Counted from the whole stretch's first letter, positions 25,040-37,689 are shown. The stretch: DNA of 63,804 nt, filler included, from Octopus bimaculoides (GCF_001194135.2; 5 parts of 4 records of this genome joined end to end with filler, not necessarily neighbours in it), one strand, 5' to 3'. Numbers and translations: made by a program. The notes: generated by a model from the sequence alone, not told the origin.

Positions 25040-25921
25040 GGGAACACATTGTGTCTAAAAAGAAAAAGTGATGGCAGAGTTAAGCCACCACTGTGCCAAC
25101 CGTGTGTCAACTAAAACCGTTTGTTGTGAGCTCCCTAAAGCTAGATACCATGTGAGGGCTGAAATTGCTAAACTCTCCTGTCCCACTCCCATCAATATCT
25201 ATGTGCGGGAAAATGTTGTAGACTGCTAGAAGTGGTCAATGAATGGCTCAATGAAAAAAAATTCAAAAATGTCATCTCTAATTATTCATCATTCACCCCT
25301 TTTCCCCACTTTGCGAGCGAGTTCATGCCTATAGACAATCCATAGATGCCTTCATCCTTGGCTGTTTGACTCCTGTCCTGAAACATAGAGGTGTCTCTGT
25401 GATGATTTGGGTAGCCATATCACGAGATTCTCTTGGCCCTTTAGTTGTTCTACATGGCAAAGTTAATGCCAAGGATTATCTGAGTATTTTGGCTAGTCAT
25501 GTCCATCATGTATTACTAAGTATCAATTCATGGTAACGTAATCTTCCAGAACGATGATGCGCTGGTGCACACGACTAATGTTATTAAAAGTTAGCTTGAA
25601 CATAACAACAGGAAAGTATATCTCTTGGATCGGCCCACGCAGTCACTGATTTCAATGTAATCAAACATTTATGGTGCATTTTGGAGCAGCTAATGAGGAA
25701 CTACTTTTCCCCTTTGTCGTTGGTAAAAGAGCTGAAGTAAGTTTTACTTGATGAATAGCTCAGCATTCCCCAAACAGCCGTTCAGAGCCTCTACGTGTCA
25801 ACTCCTAGATGTATCAAAGATGTGGTTGATACTAGGGATAGATTAACTCCGTATTAAATAAAAAAAAAAAGACCTTTCCATCTAAGAGGCTGTTTTCGTT
25901 ATTTTTCTCCAACCGTTGTAT
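25040..25921 (+). pseudogene. Decayed Tc1 (DD34E) transposon, 3' two-thirds with TIR
   Basis: VSTKTV..EL; SSFT; KHRGVSVMIWVAIS..LGPLVVLHGKVNAKDYLSIL; IFQNDDALVH; RPTQS(P)DFNVIKHLW; end ttttcgttatttttctccaaccgttg-TA. Confidence 0.85.
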
Positions 25922-25944
25922 AAAGACAGATAGATAGATAGATA

Positions 25945-27097
25945 TCTTTTTATTATAGCCACACAGGGCTAAATACAGAAAATGGACAAATTACAAAGTA
26001 GAGCTTTTCTTGGGGGGGGGGGANNNNNNNNNNNNNNNNNNNNNNNNNNNNNNNNNNNNNNNNNNNNNNNNNNNNNNNNNNNNNNNNNNNNNNNNNNNNN
26101 NNNNNNNNNNNNNNNNNNNNNNNNNNNNNNNNNNNNNNNNNNNNNNNNNNNNNNNNNNNNNNNNNNNNNNNNNNNNNNNNNNNNNNNNNNNNNNNNNNNN
26201 NNNNNNNNNNNNNNNNNNNNNNNNNNNNNNNNNNNNNNNNNNNNNNNNNNNNNNNNNNNNNNNNNNNNNNNNNNNNNNNNNNNNNNNNNNNNNNNNNNNN
26301 NNNNNNNNNNNNNNNNNNNNNNNNNNNNNNNNNNNNNNNNNNNNNNNNNNNNNNNNNNNNNNNNNNNNNNNNNNNNNNNNNNNNNNNNNNNNNNNNNNNN
26401 NNNNNNNNNNNNNNNNNNNNNNNNNNNNNNNNNNNNNNNNNNNNNNNNNNNNNNNNNNNNNNNNNNNNNNNNNNNNNNNNNNNNNNNNNNNNNNNNNNNN
26501 NNNNNNNNNNNNNNNNNNNNNNNNNNNNNNNNNNNNNNNNNNNNNNNNNNNNNNNNNNNNNNNNNNNNNNNNNNNNNNNNNNNNNNNNNNNNNNNNNNNN
26601 NNNNNNNNNNNNNNNNNNNNNNNNNNNNNNNNNNNNNNNNNNNNNNNNNNNNNNNNNNNNNNNNNNNNNNNNNNNNNNNNNNNNNNNNNNNNNNNNNNNN
26701 NNNNNNNNNNNNNNNNNNNNNNNNNNNNNNNNNNNNNNNNNNNNNNNNNNNNNNNNNNNNNNNNNNNNNNNNNNNNNNNNNNNNNNNNNNNNNNNNNNNN
26801 NNNNNNNNNNNNNNNNNNNNNNNNNNNNNNNNNNNNNNNNNNNNNNNNNNNNNNNNNNNNNNNNNNNNNNNNNNNNNNNNNNNNNNNNNNNNNNNNNNNN
26901 NNNNNNNNNNNNNNNNNNNNNNNNNNNNNNNNNNNNNNNNNNNNGGTGCCAATCGCCCAGTTTCGGTCTCTTCCTGATCCATGTTTGCAGTTCGGTGAGT
27001 GAGACGAGCTGCGGGAAGGCGTGCCTCACAAACGGCGCCCACACCTGTTCACCGTCGTCAATGAAGTTCCAGAGATGCCGCAGTCTCAGCGCATGTC
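25945..27097 (-). mobile_element. 5'-truncated L1/Tx1-clade LINE spanning a gap, flanked by (TATC)n
   Basis: RHALRLRHLWNFIDDGEQVWAPFVRHAFPQLVSLTELQTWIRKRPKLGDWH is a post-RT Tx1-like segment; 3' end ttgtccattttctgtatttagccctgtgtggctataataaaaaga. Both sides of the gap being one copy is inferred. Confidence 0.65.
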
Positions 27098-27189
<92 letters not shown>

Positions 27190-27291
27190 GATAGATAGAT
27201 AGATAGATGCATACATGTGTATATGCATATGTTTATATATACACACACACATAGTAAAATATATGGAGCGTGCGTCTATGAGTGTACGTGA

Positions 27292-27327
<36 letters not shown>

Positions 27328-27479
27328 GGGCGTACTGGTGTGATTGTGAGTGGGCGTGCAGGTGTGGTGGTGTTATATAATTGATCAGGGAATAGATATG
27401 TAATATTTATAACAATCATTCGATTGTTCTTAAAATGGTTCGAACAACAATGTGAGCACTGACCATACTGAAGTGCCGC

Positions 27480-28050
27480 CTTAAGTACTTCATCTTGTCA
27501 TGTTTAATGTTTGCATTTCTGGTTTTTCACTCTCGTTTGTATCCGTTCGTAATTGACGTATCGCTTCGCTATTGGAGTCTGCTCTATAACAGTGTATCGA
27601 TTATCTTCTGCCAAAGATGGTAAGTCTGGGACGTGAAAGAGAAATATATCTAGATGATGTTTAAATTCTTCAACAGGAGTCAACTTTACATTTCTCATTC
27701 GTCTAGATAAATAATTGAATGAATGGTGTCTTTTAAAATGAAGATGATAATAATATAGCGTTTTAACTTGATTCTTATGCAAGAAGAGCTTTGAAAGTTG
27801 ACAGTATGTTTTTTTTTTGTTTTTTTTTTCATGATGTTCATCTGATCACGTATAAAAAGTTTTGGTGCTTAAAACCTTGGGAATATTCCAATTATCGGTA
27901 ATGGTGCGCTTGTTTTCTTGTGTTCTACAGCGCAGGGGTTGTGAGTTTAAATGTGTTTCCAGTAGTCTTGGTGTTTTACTACTGCTATTTCCCTCGTAAA
28001 AGGTCTTTGTTGATTTTTTAGAGAATACTTTATGTTTTCTAAAGTTATAA
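27480..28050 (-). pseudogene. CR1/L2-group LINE 3' ORF remnant
   Basis: FTREIAVVKHQDYW...; SFNYLSRRMRNVKLTPVEEFKHHLDIFLFHVPDLP. Confidence 0.75.
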
Positions 28051-28097
28051 GGTGTAATCAACATATTTACACGCACACACACGCACACACACACATA

Positions 28098-28131
<34 letters not shown>

Positions 28132-28568
28132 NNNNNNNNNNNNNNNNNNNNNNNNNNNNNNNNNNNNNNNNNNNNNNNNNNNNNNNNNNNNNNNNNNNNN
28201 NNNNNNNNNNNNNNNNNNNNNNNNNNNNNNNNNNNNNNNNNNNNNNNNNNNNNNNNNNNNNNNNNNNNNNNNNNNNNNNNNNNNNNNNNNNNNNNNNNNN
28301 NNNNNNNNNNNNNNNNNNNNNNNNNNNNNNNNNNNNNNNNNNNNNNNNNNNNNNNNNNNNNNNNNNNNNNNNNNNNNNNNNNNNNNNNNNNNNNNNNNNN
28401 NNNNNNNNNNNNNNNNNNNNNNNNNNNNNNNNNNNNNNNNNNNNNNNNNNNNNNNNNNNNNNNNNNNNNNNNNNNNNNNNNNNNNNNNNNNNNNNNNNNN
28501 NNNNNNNNNNNNNNNNNNNNNNNNNNNNNNNNNNNNNNNNNNNNNNNNNNNNNNNNNNNNNNNNNNNN

Positions 28569-28619
<51 letters not shown>

Positions 28620-29029
28620 TCAGAACCTATTAAGGAAATTCAAGATCTACTCTAATAGTTTACTATACTTTAGTGTCAGATAATTAACTTTTGATGAGAA
28701 AAATGCATTACTAATGATAGGTATGCTCACATTCCAGCTTACTTCCGTTTGTTTTGGATCGATTCATTACCCGGGTGTGATTCATTATTTTCTCATCATT
28801 TTATAAACTATGGAACATCTTTGAATTGATCTTTATGCTTCGATTGCGCGCGCAGTCATATATAAAGTTTACGTTTAGCTGTAGGGATGCCATTAGATTT
28901 AAAGAGGGCACACTCTTATACTTACATCACCTACAAATTCTATGTCTTCCATTGTAATAAATCATTGAAAGTTCTGATGATGTGTCAAATGCAGTACGGC
29001 AGCTGTGGTGGACTTGTGTTCCAATTTAA

Positions 29030-29230
29030 ATATTGATTTCAGATTTTGGCAGAAGGCCAGTAATTTTGTGAGTGGAAGCAAGTCGATTACATCGACCCCA
29101 GTATTCAACTGGTACTTATTTTATCGACCCCGATAGGATGAAAGGCAGAAATTGAACTCAGAATGTAAATACGGACGAAATGCCGGTAAGCATTTTATGC
29201 CGTGAGCATTTTGCCAGCTCGCCGTCTTAT
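29030..29230 (-). mobile_element. SINE family B2
   Basis: gtcgattacatcgaccccagtattcaactggtacttattttatcgaccccgataggatgaaaggc. Confidence 0.8.
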
Positions 29231-29728
29231 TCCAGTTGAAATATTGACATCAAATTTTGGCACAAGACCACATTGCAGTTGAAATATTAGCAGAACTGAG
29301 ATATATGATTTAACAAAATTATCACCTCATGCATATCATATCTTCTGTAAAATAAAATAATTACAAATTGCTGACCTTGCAACTGCACGTGCATGTTCAG
29401 GTCTGATAAAAATCTTTTTTTTTTTTTCTTTTTTTTTTTTGGAAGACAAGCAGTTATTATGCAGTAAAGTCTCTCCTCTCCACACCGCCTATGCTTAACC
29501 AAAGGAGAAGCCACCGACCTGGTCCTAATATCTCATCCGGCTCTTTAACACTTCCGCCAATCCACCACCCTGGATTAGTAGATCTTTATTGATATGAGAG
29601 ATTTTGGCGCAGCCGTTTTGCCACCGCCTATTTGGCGTAGCTGATTTGACATTGATTTATTTGATATTAGACGTTTTAATGTTCTTTTCATTTTAATGTC
29701 TCTCTCTTTCTCTCTCTCTCTCTATCTA

Positions 29729-29815
<87 letters not shown>

Positions 29816-29856
29816 GCTTATGTGTGTGAGCGTTTGGTTATGTTTGTAGGTATCGT

Positions 29857-30142
29857 GAAGACTCGTGACTTAATAGTTAATGGTATCCGGCTCACGATCG
29901 TAAGGTCCTGAGTTCGATATCCGGCGGCGAGTTGTGTCCTTGAGCAAGACGCTTATTTCACGTTGCTCGAGTCCACTCAACTGGCGAAAATGAGTACTAC
30001 TTGGAGTAGTACCTGTAATTAACTACGTTAAGACTACACGCGTCTGTGGAGTACTCAGCCACTTGCACGTTAATTTCACGAGCAGGTTGTTCCGTTGTTC
30101 GGATCAACTGGAACCCTCGTAGTCGTAACTAACGAAGTACCA
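29857..30142 (+). mobile_element. SINE family D (OR2-like CORE-SINE): tRNA head, CORE, tail shared with family C
   Basis: gagttcgatatcc B-box; gtgtccttgagcaagac...gtccactcaactggcgaaaatgagta CORE-like; tail ctgtggagtactcagccacttgcacgttaatttcacgagcagg. Confidence 0.8.
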
Positions 30143-30466
30143 CTTTGTGTGTATCTATCTGTATGTGTATATTTCTGCGCGCGCGAGTGTATCTCTGTGT
30201 CTTTGCCTCCAGTACCAATACGTACTGTCACTCAAACAGATGGAATTTCCAGTAAGTCATGCCAAATCCTCAGCATCCAAACATCCGCACCTTCTCATCT
30301 CATGCAGCTTTTTTATTGACCCGGAAAGGATGAGAGGCAGAGTTGACCTCTCTCAGACAAATGAGAGGCAGAATGAATACTGCAGGACAACTCTCTCACA
30401 ACTCTGTTAATTCGCCACCTTCCACAGACTTTTATAGAAACAGAAATAATAGTGTAAATAATACTG

Positions 30467-30701
30467 AACACGGCGAGCTGGCAGAAACGTTAGGACGCCA
30501 GGCGAAATGCTTCTCGGTATTTCGTCTGCCGTTACGTTCTGAGTTCAAATTCTGCCGAGGTCGACTTTGCCTTTCATCCTTTCGGGGTCGATAAATTAAG
30601 TACCAGTTACACACTGGGGTCGATATAATCGACTTAATCCCTTTGTCTGTCCTTGTTTGTCCCCTTTATGTTTAGCCCCTAGTGGGCAATAAAGAAATAA
30701 G
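30467..30701 (+). mobile_element. Full-length SINE family B (B1 tail) with 11 bp TSD
   Basis: aaataatactg at 30456-30466 and 30702-30712; tail tttagcccctagtgggcaataaagaaat. Confidence 0.9.
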
Positions 30702-31493
30702 AAATAATACTGTATAATACTGTACAGCGTTCATTGCTTCCTGAAAGATCATAGTGGAGTACGTGGCGTCGCCCCTAGCGGAGTGTTAATACAAGGGAGA
30801 TAATCACTTCTTCCTGATGATATTTTCCAGAATTAGAAGTTTGAATATGAAATTAAGAATAAGGGAAGAAATGCATGGAATACACGTATGTATCTAATGG
30901 AATAATTGAAGCAAAATCGCTCCTACCGAGAATCGAAATGTATTTCACAGCCTCTGTTCGCTGTAAGTTTACTTCTTTCTCTACGATACCGCTACAATGA
31001 TCTTGAATGCTATTAGTACAAAGAGAAAAGAGGAAGAGAAATATTCTCAACCATATTGCTTCAGAAGCCTTATAAAAACAACAATTTTCAGATGCCAAGC
31101 ATTGGTTCAAGTATACCGATATAAAACTCAATTGCCAAGATTAGCATAAAAATGGCCCCACGCATGTAAAGAATGAAGTTATGAGAACTTTTATTAATCT
31201 TGACATTCCAAAGTGAGACCAATGCGTAGCAGTTTCTATTAGGCAGGAAGAATTTTGGGGAAGTTATTTCGGATTATAAATAATACTAAAGAATAATTGG
31301 TAGTATGAGTCTTCATTTGTTTGTATGTTCTTCATTATCTGATTCATTCTTTTTCTACACCTCCGTTTTACATTCTTATATTTCTTCCTTCTGAATCATC
31401 GGCAACTACATGGTGGGCCAAAAGTCAGGCTCCAAAACATTTCGCACTGTATTAATATTATGTTACTATTATTATTATTACTACTACTACTAC

Positions 31494-31555
<62 letters not shown>

Positions 31556-31557
<2 letters not shown>

Positions 31558-31996
31558 GAGTGATAGGCAAGGCATGCCATCAAAGGGACACTAGGGTAAA
31601 ATATACAAAGCTCAGTGTACCCATCATGACTACTCGTCTGATATGGGTACACCAGGCACATGCATCACAACCATATGTGCGCGACATGGTGAACTCATGC
31701 CAAGGTAAAAAGCGCATGACCTTGCAGGTGGGGCCCAGTTAGAATTTTCTTCAGGTCGAGTAGCCCATCCCACTCAAATGGTCCTTGCTTAAGGGTGTTG
31801 AATGAAACACCCATGTTTCCAGAGGTGAATTATTCAAACTCCAAAGAATCTCTCTGAACACATGGCTATGTTGCTCCCCCACTACTTCTGCTCGTGATCA
31901 GAGATTTGCATATTGTTAGCCACGTAAGAACATGCTCAACTGGTTAAGGTCAAACAATTTACAAGCAAATCTGTATTATAGAGCAGAATATTTGCA
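31556..31996 (-). mobile_element. Family E non-tRNA retroposon ending in (AAT)n
   Basis: Same sequence at 37334-37689 (+) and 40203-40680 (-); flanked by (ATT)n tracts. Confidence 0.8.
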
Positions 31997-32296
31997 TTAT
32001 TATTATTATTATTATTATTGTTCAGTAGTTTATTTTTATAACGTGCTTTCACTTCACTATCGAGCGCAGCACTGTGCGCCTTGGGTATGTGCTGTGGTTT
32101 GCTGTGGTGTTCTTATGGTTACTGTATTGAAAGTGTTTTGCGTAGGATGTGTGCAGTGCCCAGTAGTGCAATTTTCTGTATGTTATATATATTTGTAAGT
32201 CCTGGTGTTTTTGTTATGTATTTGTCTGAATATTTTTTATTATACCTAAGGCACCTACTATGATAGGAATTGTTTCTGTTTTTAGATTCCATATTC
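31997..32296 (-). mobile_element. R4/Dong/Rex6-like LINE 3' end (family R4-a) with (AAT)n tail
   Basis: KTETIPII(V)G...IQKIALLGTAHILRK, the Rex6-type C-terminus; near-identical to 38449-38680. Confidence 0.85.
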
Positions 32297-32396
32297 NNNN
32301 NNNNNNNNNNNNNNNNNNNNNNNNNNNNNNNNNNNNNNNNTTAATTAATTAANNNNNNNNNNNNNNNNNNNNNNNNNNNNNNNNNNNNNNNNNNNN

Positions 32397-32442
<46 letters not shown>

Positions 32443-32822
32443 GCGGTTTATACATATACATGGATAGAATTAAAATATAGCTATTTTAAGTTTTTCTTAT
32501 CAAGAAGCTTGTAACCTTCCAAAACACAATTGTCTTTATCATCTGAAGCACCGCGACCAAGGCAAAAATGTCTCATTTATCCGTAACTCAATCGACCTAC
32601 ATATATATTAAATACCACCAGCAAGTTAGAAAACACTGAGCATTACAAAAATACAGGTCCGCTGTATTATTGGAAAGGGTTTCAATTTACTTTCTGCAAT
32701 GGTCATCCCAAATCTGACTATCAATGTCTTGTTGGTCATGGCGCAAACGATTCTGCCGGCTTAGTATCTTAAATACTTCAATTCAAAATAAGAACTACAT
32801 AGATGATGATGATGATGATGAC

Positions 32823-32887
<65 letters not shown>

Positions 32888-33149
32888 TGACGACGACGAC
32901 AACGGTTAGGAGGAGGGAGATCAAGGGAAAGAGGGAGATGACGGGAAAGAGGAAGCGAACCAAAAATGGATCCTCTAAATAGTCGACCCAAACTGAGTAG
33001 AAAGAAACAGACGAATTTTCCTCAAACTGTACAAGTGTAATTGAAGGAAGATACTTTGCACAATAAGAAGAAAAGTGAAGATGGTCATAGTTGAACGATT
33101 CCTGAACATAGAGATGCTCAAACAACGCTCACCGCGAATTAAATGTCAC

Positions 33150-33185
<36 letters not shown>

Positions 33186-34560
33186 TATGATCATCATCAT
33201 CGTCAACTAAGTTCACAAATGTGTTAAATAGGTAAGAATAACACGTGGCTGCATAATTTTGCCGACTTATATTTTAACCTTGTACCTTAGTCATGTATCT
33301 TCCACTTGTATCTTAACCTTACATCTTAAACTTACATATCAGCCTTATAATTTATCCAATGCTCTTCGGCTATTATATCAGTGATACTATTGCCATGACA
33401 TAGTCCCATTTTTAATAATCGACCTAAAGAAATACCTGACTACAAAAACCCAGACCAACACGCATTTTGGTACCTCAAAATTTAGTCATTGCTGGATATA
33501 TTTGCGGAACTGGTCTGTAATATATCATCAGTTTTGCCCATCACCTCTAGTTTTTAAGCTACAGATTAACCCTTTATATAGAGACGTGTACAATTCCTAA
33601 ATTTGTTAGTACTATAATATATCCTCATTTTTATTAATTGCCCTTACGACCTGGCTAGCACACATTTTGGTGTCTTAGAAGTTTAGACCGCCTCCTGGGA
33701 ATATTGAGAAACTTACTTTAACTAAGGTACCAGCTTTGCCCATCACTTCTAATTTTGAAAATTTTGTATGCCAATTTATAAGGGGATGGGTCCATCCGTA
33801 GATATGTGAATGATCAAAGGTATAGATGTGAAAGCTGAAAAGCTGCAAGTAAGGTGCTCAATAAGTTCTGCTAACCCCATTACCAATCACAGGTAGAATT
33901 TCGTTATCTAAATGAATTTTTTTTTTACCTGTGATTGTTATTGAATTTGGTACCCCGCTTTGTAACCGTCCACAAGGAATGGTTCTTTTAACATGAAGAC
34001 CCCTACAGCAATCCTTTTCCATTTCTTTAGAAGAAAGTCAAACTATGAGTCGTCTCCCATGACCCTCATGCAGTACAGCGAAGCCGATTCTATGATAAAG
34101 AGTGAGAGTGAGGGAGAGAGAGGGAGAGAAAGAAAGTAAGAAAGAAATCGACGAATGCAGCAGCAACAGCAACAACAACCATAACATCAGCAGCAGCAAC
34201 CACAACAACAATGGACAATATCAACAACAGCAACAATCACGACAGAAGGGAGAGTATCATCTTCGCTATCGCTCACACGTTCTTCCTGTTTATCATCAAC
34301 ATCACCAGCAACATCGTCCTCTATATCACTAGCAGCACACTGCAGCCGTAGCAGCAGCAGCAGCAGCAGCAGTCGTAGGAGCTGCAATAGCAGCAGGAAC
34401 CAAATCCAAGAACAAGGAAGAAAGTTAAACGGAGAATGTCTTCCCAGTGGGAGAGCTTTTTGCAGAGGTATTCCTACGGAAGACAGCGTCAAATGACGAA
34501 ACGAAAATAGAGTGTGAAGGAGAGAGAAGTAAAGAGAGACAGTGAAAGAGAGAAGGGAGG

Positions 34561-34623
<63 letters not shown>

Positions 34624-35318
34624 GGACGAAAAAGCGGGAGAGAAGGAATAACACCAGAGGCGGCGGAACGGTGGTGATTCTGGGAGAGGACATCGGTGCT
34701 GTTGTGAGAGATATTTGAAGCAGGAAGCGGTGTGACGATGGTACCGGAAAGATTGATAAGAAGAGACGGAGAAGGAAAATAAAGAGTAAGGTGACGGAGA
34801 GTGAAGGTGGAGATGGAGTTAAGAGCCAGAGAGAGAACAGAGCGAAAGAAATAAAGGAGCGAAAAGAAAGAAATAAAGAGAAGGAGACATGAAGAAAAAT
34901 ACCGTAACGAGTGTGTTATTGCATAGGAATGCAAGTTCGTATTTATGTGTACGTATGGGTGAATGTGTGAGTGTATGTATGCATGTATGTATGTATGTAT
35001 GTATGGATGGATGGATGGATGGATGGATATATGTATGTATTCGTAGTAGGTGAAATCAGGTGGCGGTGTGGTGGTGGTGTTGGTGGTGGTGGTGGTGGTG
35101 GAGGAGAGACGGATGGGTCAAGTGAGGAATATTGTGTAATGGTGAATAGTGACTGTATAATTCCATCCGGTGTAGGACAGAGCTTTTGATGTAAACAAAG
35201 GTGGCAGTTACAAGGGGAATAATCTTCGCACGAACAAATACGTGAGCGCGTACGCGCGCGCGTGTGGTATGTGTGTGTGTGTGTGTGAGCTAGCGCGTGT
35301 GCTTGTATGCGTGCATGC

Positions 35319-35349
<31 letters not shown>

Positions 35350-35520
35350 TGTGTATGTGTGTATGTGTGCACAACTGTGTGTCTGTGTGTGTGGATGTAT
35401 GTGCAAGACAACAATACCAATTGCAGCAAACAACAAGATAAAAACAAGCTGACCTGACCTGATTTGACACGCATTATAAAAAGAGAGAGAGACAGGGTGA
35501 GAGTGAAAAGAAGAAAGAGA

Positions 35521-35574
<54 letters not shown>

Positions 35575-35689
35575 GAGTGATACAGAGAGAGACATCGGGA
35601 TTACTAGTTATGCATATGGCTGTCGAAGAATGTTACTAGAAAGAAAATATTAATAACTGCCGTGTGTCTTTGTAAATAATCAATAACAC

Positions 35690-36310
35690 TGATAATGATT
35701 TCAGATTTTGGACCAAGGCCAGCAATTTCGGGGGAAGGGGTGAATCGATGACATCGATCCCAGTGCTCAGCTGGTACGTATTTTATCGACCCCGAAAGGA
35801 TAAAATGCAATGTCGACCTCGGCCGAATTTGAACTCAGAACGTAAAGCATTTTGGCCGGCGTGCTAACGATTTTGTCAGCCCACTGCCTTAATCATAATA
35901 ATAAATAGTATCAAATCTTTGTCATGGGGCCAGCAATTCCGAGTGAAGAGTTAAGTCGATTATATTGACCTTAGTATTTAGCTGGTACTTATTTTACCGA
36001 CGCCAAAAGGATGAAAATCAAAGTCGATTTCGGCAGAATTTCAATCCAGAAAGTAAAGACGGACGAAATGCCGCTAAGCATTCTGTCCTGTGTGCTAACG
36101 ATTATTTTCTACTCTTGGCACAACGCCCGAAATTTGGTGGGGAGGGGGACAGTCGATTAGATCGACTCTAGTACGCAACTGGTATTTTATTTATAGACCC
36201 CGAAAGGATGAAAGGCAAAGTTGACCTCGGCGGAATTTGAACTCAGAACGTACACGGACGAAATACCGCTAAGCATTTCGCTCGGAGTGCTAAGGAGTTT
36301 TGACGACAAA
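35690..36310 (-). mobile_element. Three tandem family B2 SINEs
   Basis: Repeated ttttggaccaaggccagcaatttc...aatttgaactcagaacgta units. Confidence 0.8.
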
Positions 36311-36834
36311 AACAATGACATCGACAACGACAATGAAGACGACGCCGACGACGATGATGATGATGATGAATTCTTTTTCTTAATGGTTACAAGGACCAAT
36401 GATATCATCCAGAATATTGAAAAAATCTAAGGACACTGGTTAGGTCTATACGTGTAAGGCATAAAGAAGTAACTACTAATAAGACAACTGATAGCTACAA
36501 AACTTCCCAGTGGGGGGAGCACCCGATAGAGCCAACCAAAACAAACCCCACGATCCTTGACCACATCAAAAGTCAAAGGCACAAGACCAGCAGATCTGAA
36601 AGGGCAATTGTTTTTTGTTTTTTGTTTTTTGTTTTTTATGTTGATGCCTTCACAGGCAAAGTTGACCCTGTCAGGAAGAGAACTCAGATCCAGTACTGCA
36701 AGGTATATTTTACAACCCTTTCACGATTCTGCAGATCGCAACCTTAAGTGGTGATAATTACTATGATGAAGATGATGATGATGACGACGACGACGACGAC
36801 GATGGTGGTGGTGGTGTGCTTGGTGGTCGCTTCA

Positions 36835-37056
36835 AATTTTGACAGTTAGTCAGGAGTTTTGAGGGAAAGGGAATAAGACGATACCATGAACCCCAGTATT
36901 TCACTGGCACGTTAATTTACGACTCGGAAAGATCGAACGGTAAAGTTTGAACACCGCGGAACTTGAATTCGGAAAACGAAGAGCCGAAAGAAAGGCATTA
37001 CATTTGACGCCCTGATATTTCATCCAGGTCGACGCTTTGAGTAACGATGATGGTAG

Positions 37057-37123
<67 letters not shown>

Positions 37124-37325
37124 GGTGTTTGAGACTTTGACACAAGCTCATCAGTTTTTACGCCGCCCTAGTATTCATATGATTGATACCTTACATCAAC
37201 GCTGCAGAACGGATAAAAGGCAGAGTTGAATTCGATCGGATATGAACTCAGAACATAAAGAAGCGGAAGAAATGCTTCTAAGCATTTTATCCGATGCATA
37301 AACGATTGTATTGCTTCGCCGCTTC
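36835..37325 (-). mobile_element. Two diverged family B SINEs separated by (GAT)n
   Basis: gaaccccagtatttcactggcac...aacttgaattcgg; gaactcagaacataaag. Confidence 0.6.
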
Positions 37326-37333
37326 TACAGGAA

Positions 37334-37689
37334 CTGGCTCTCATGGCTTCTGATCTTAACTGATTGGAAGTGTTATCATGTCCTTTGTTTTGTCTTCGTG
37401 TAAAAGATGGCCTACGCAAATATTCTGCTCAAAACTACAGATTTGTTTGTCAGTTGTTTGACCTTAACCAGTTGTTGGGCATGTCCTTTGGTGGCTGACG
37501 ATATCTTTAAACAACCCTTATTCAAGGACCGTTTGAACGGGATAGGCTACTCGACCTGAAGAAAATTCTAACTGGACCCCTCCTGCAAGGTCATGCGCTG
37601 TTTATCTTGATATGAGATCTCCATGTCACGTACATATAGTCGTGATGCATGTGCCTGGTGTACCCTTATCAGACGGGTAATCATGATGG
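37334..37689 (+). mobile_element. Family E retroposon, 5' part, cut by a gap
   Basis: ctggctctcatggcttctgatcttaactgattgg...gcaaatattctgctc...ctactcgacctgaagaaaattctaactgg. Confidence 0.8.

Noticed and set aside
33881-33937. 14 bp inverted repeat caatcacaggta/tacctgtgattg
   Set aside because: Short and isolated, with no element boundaries or family support
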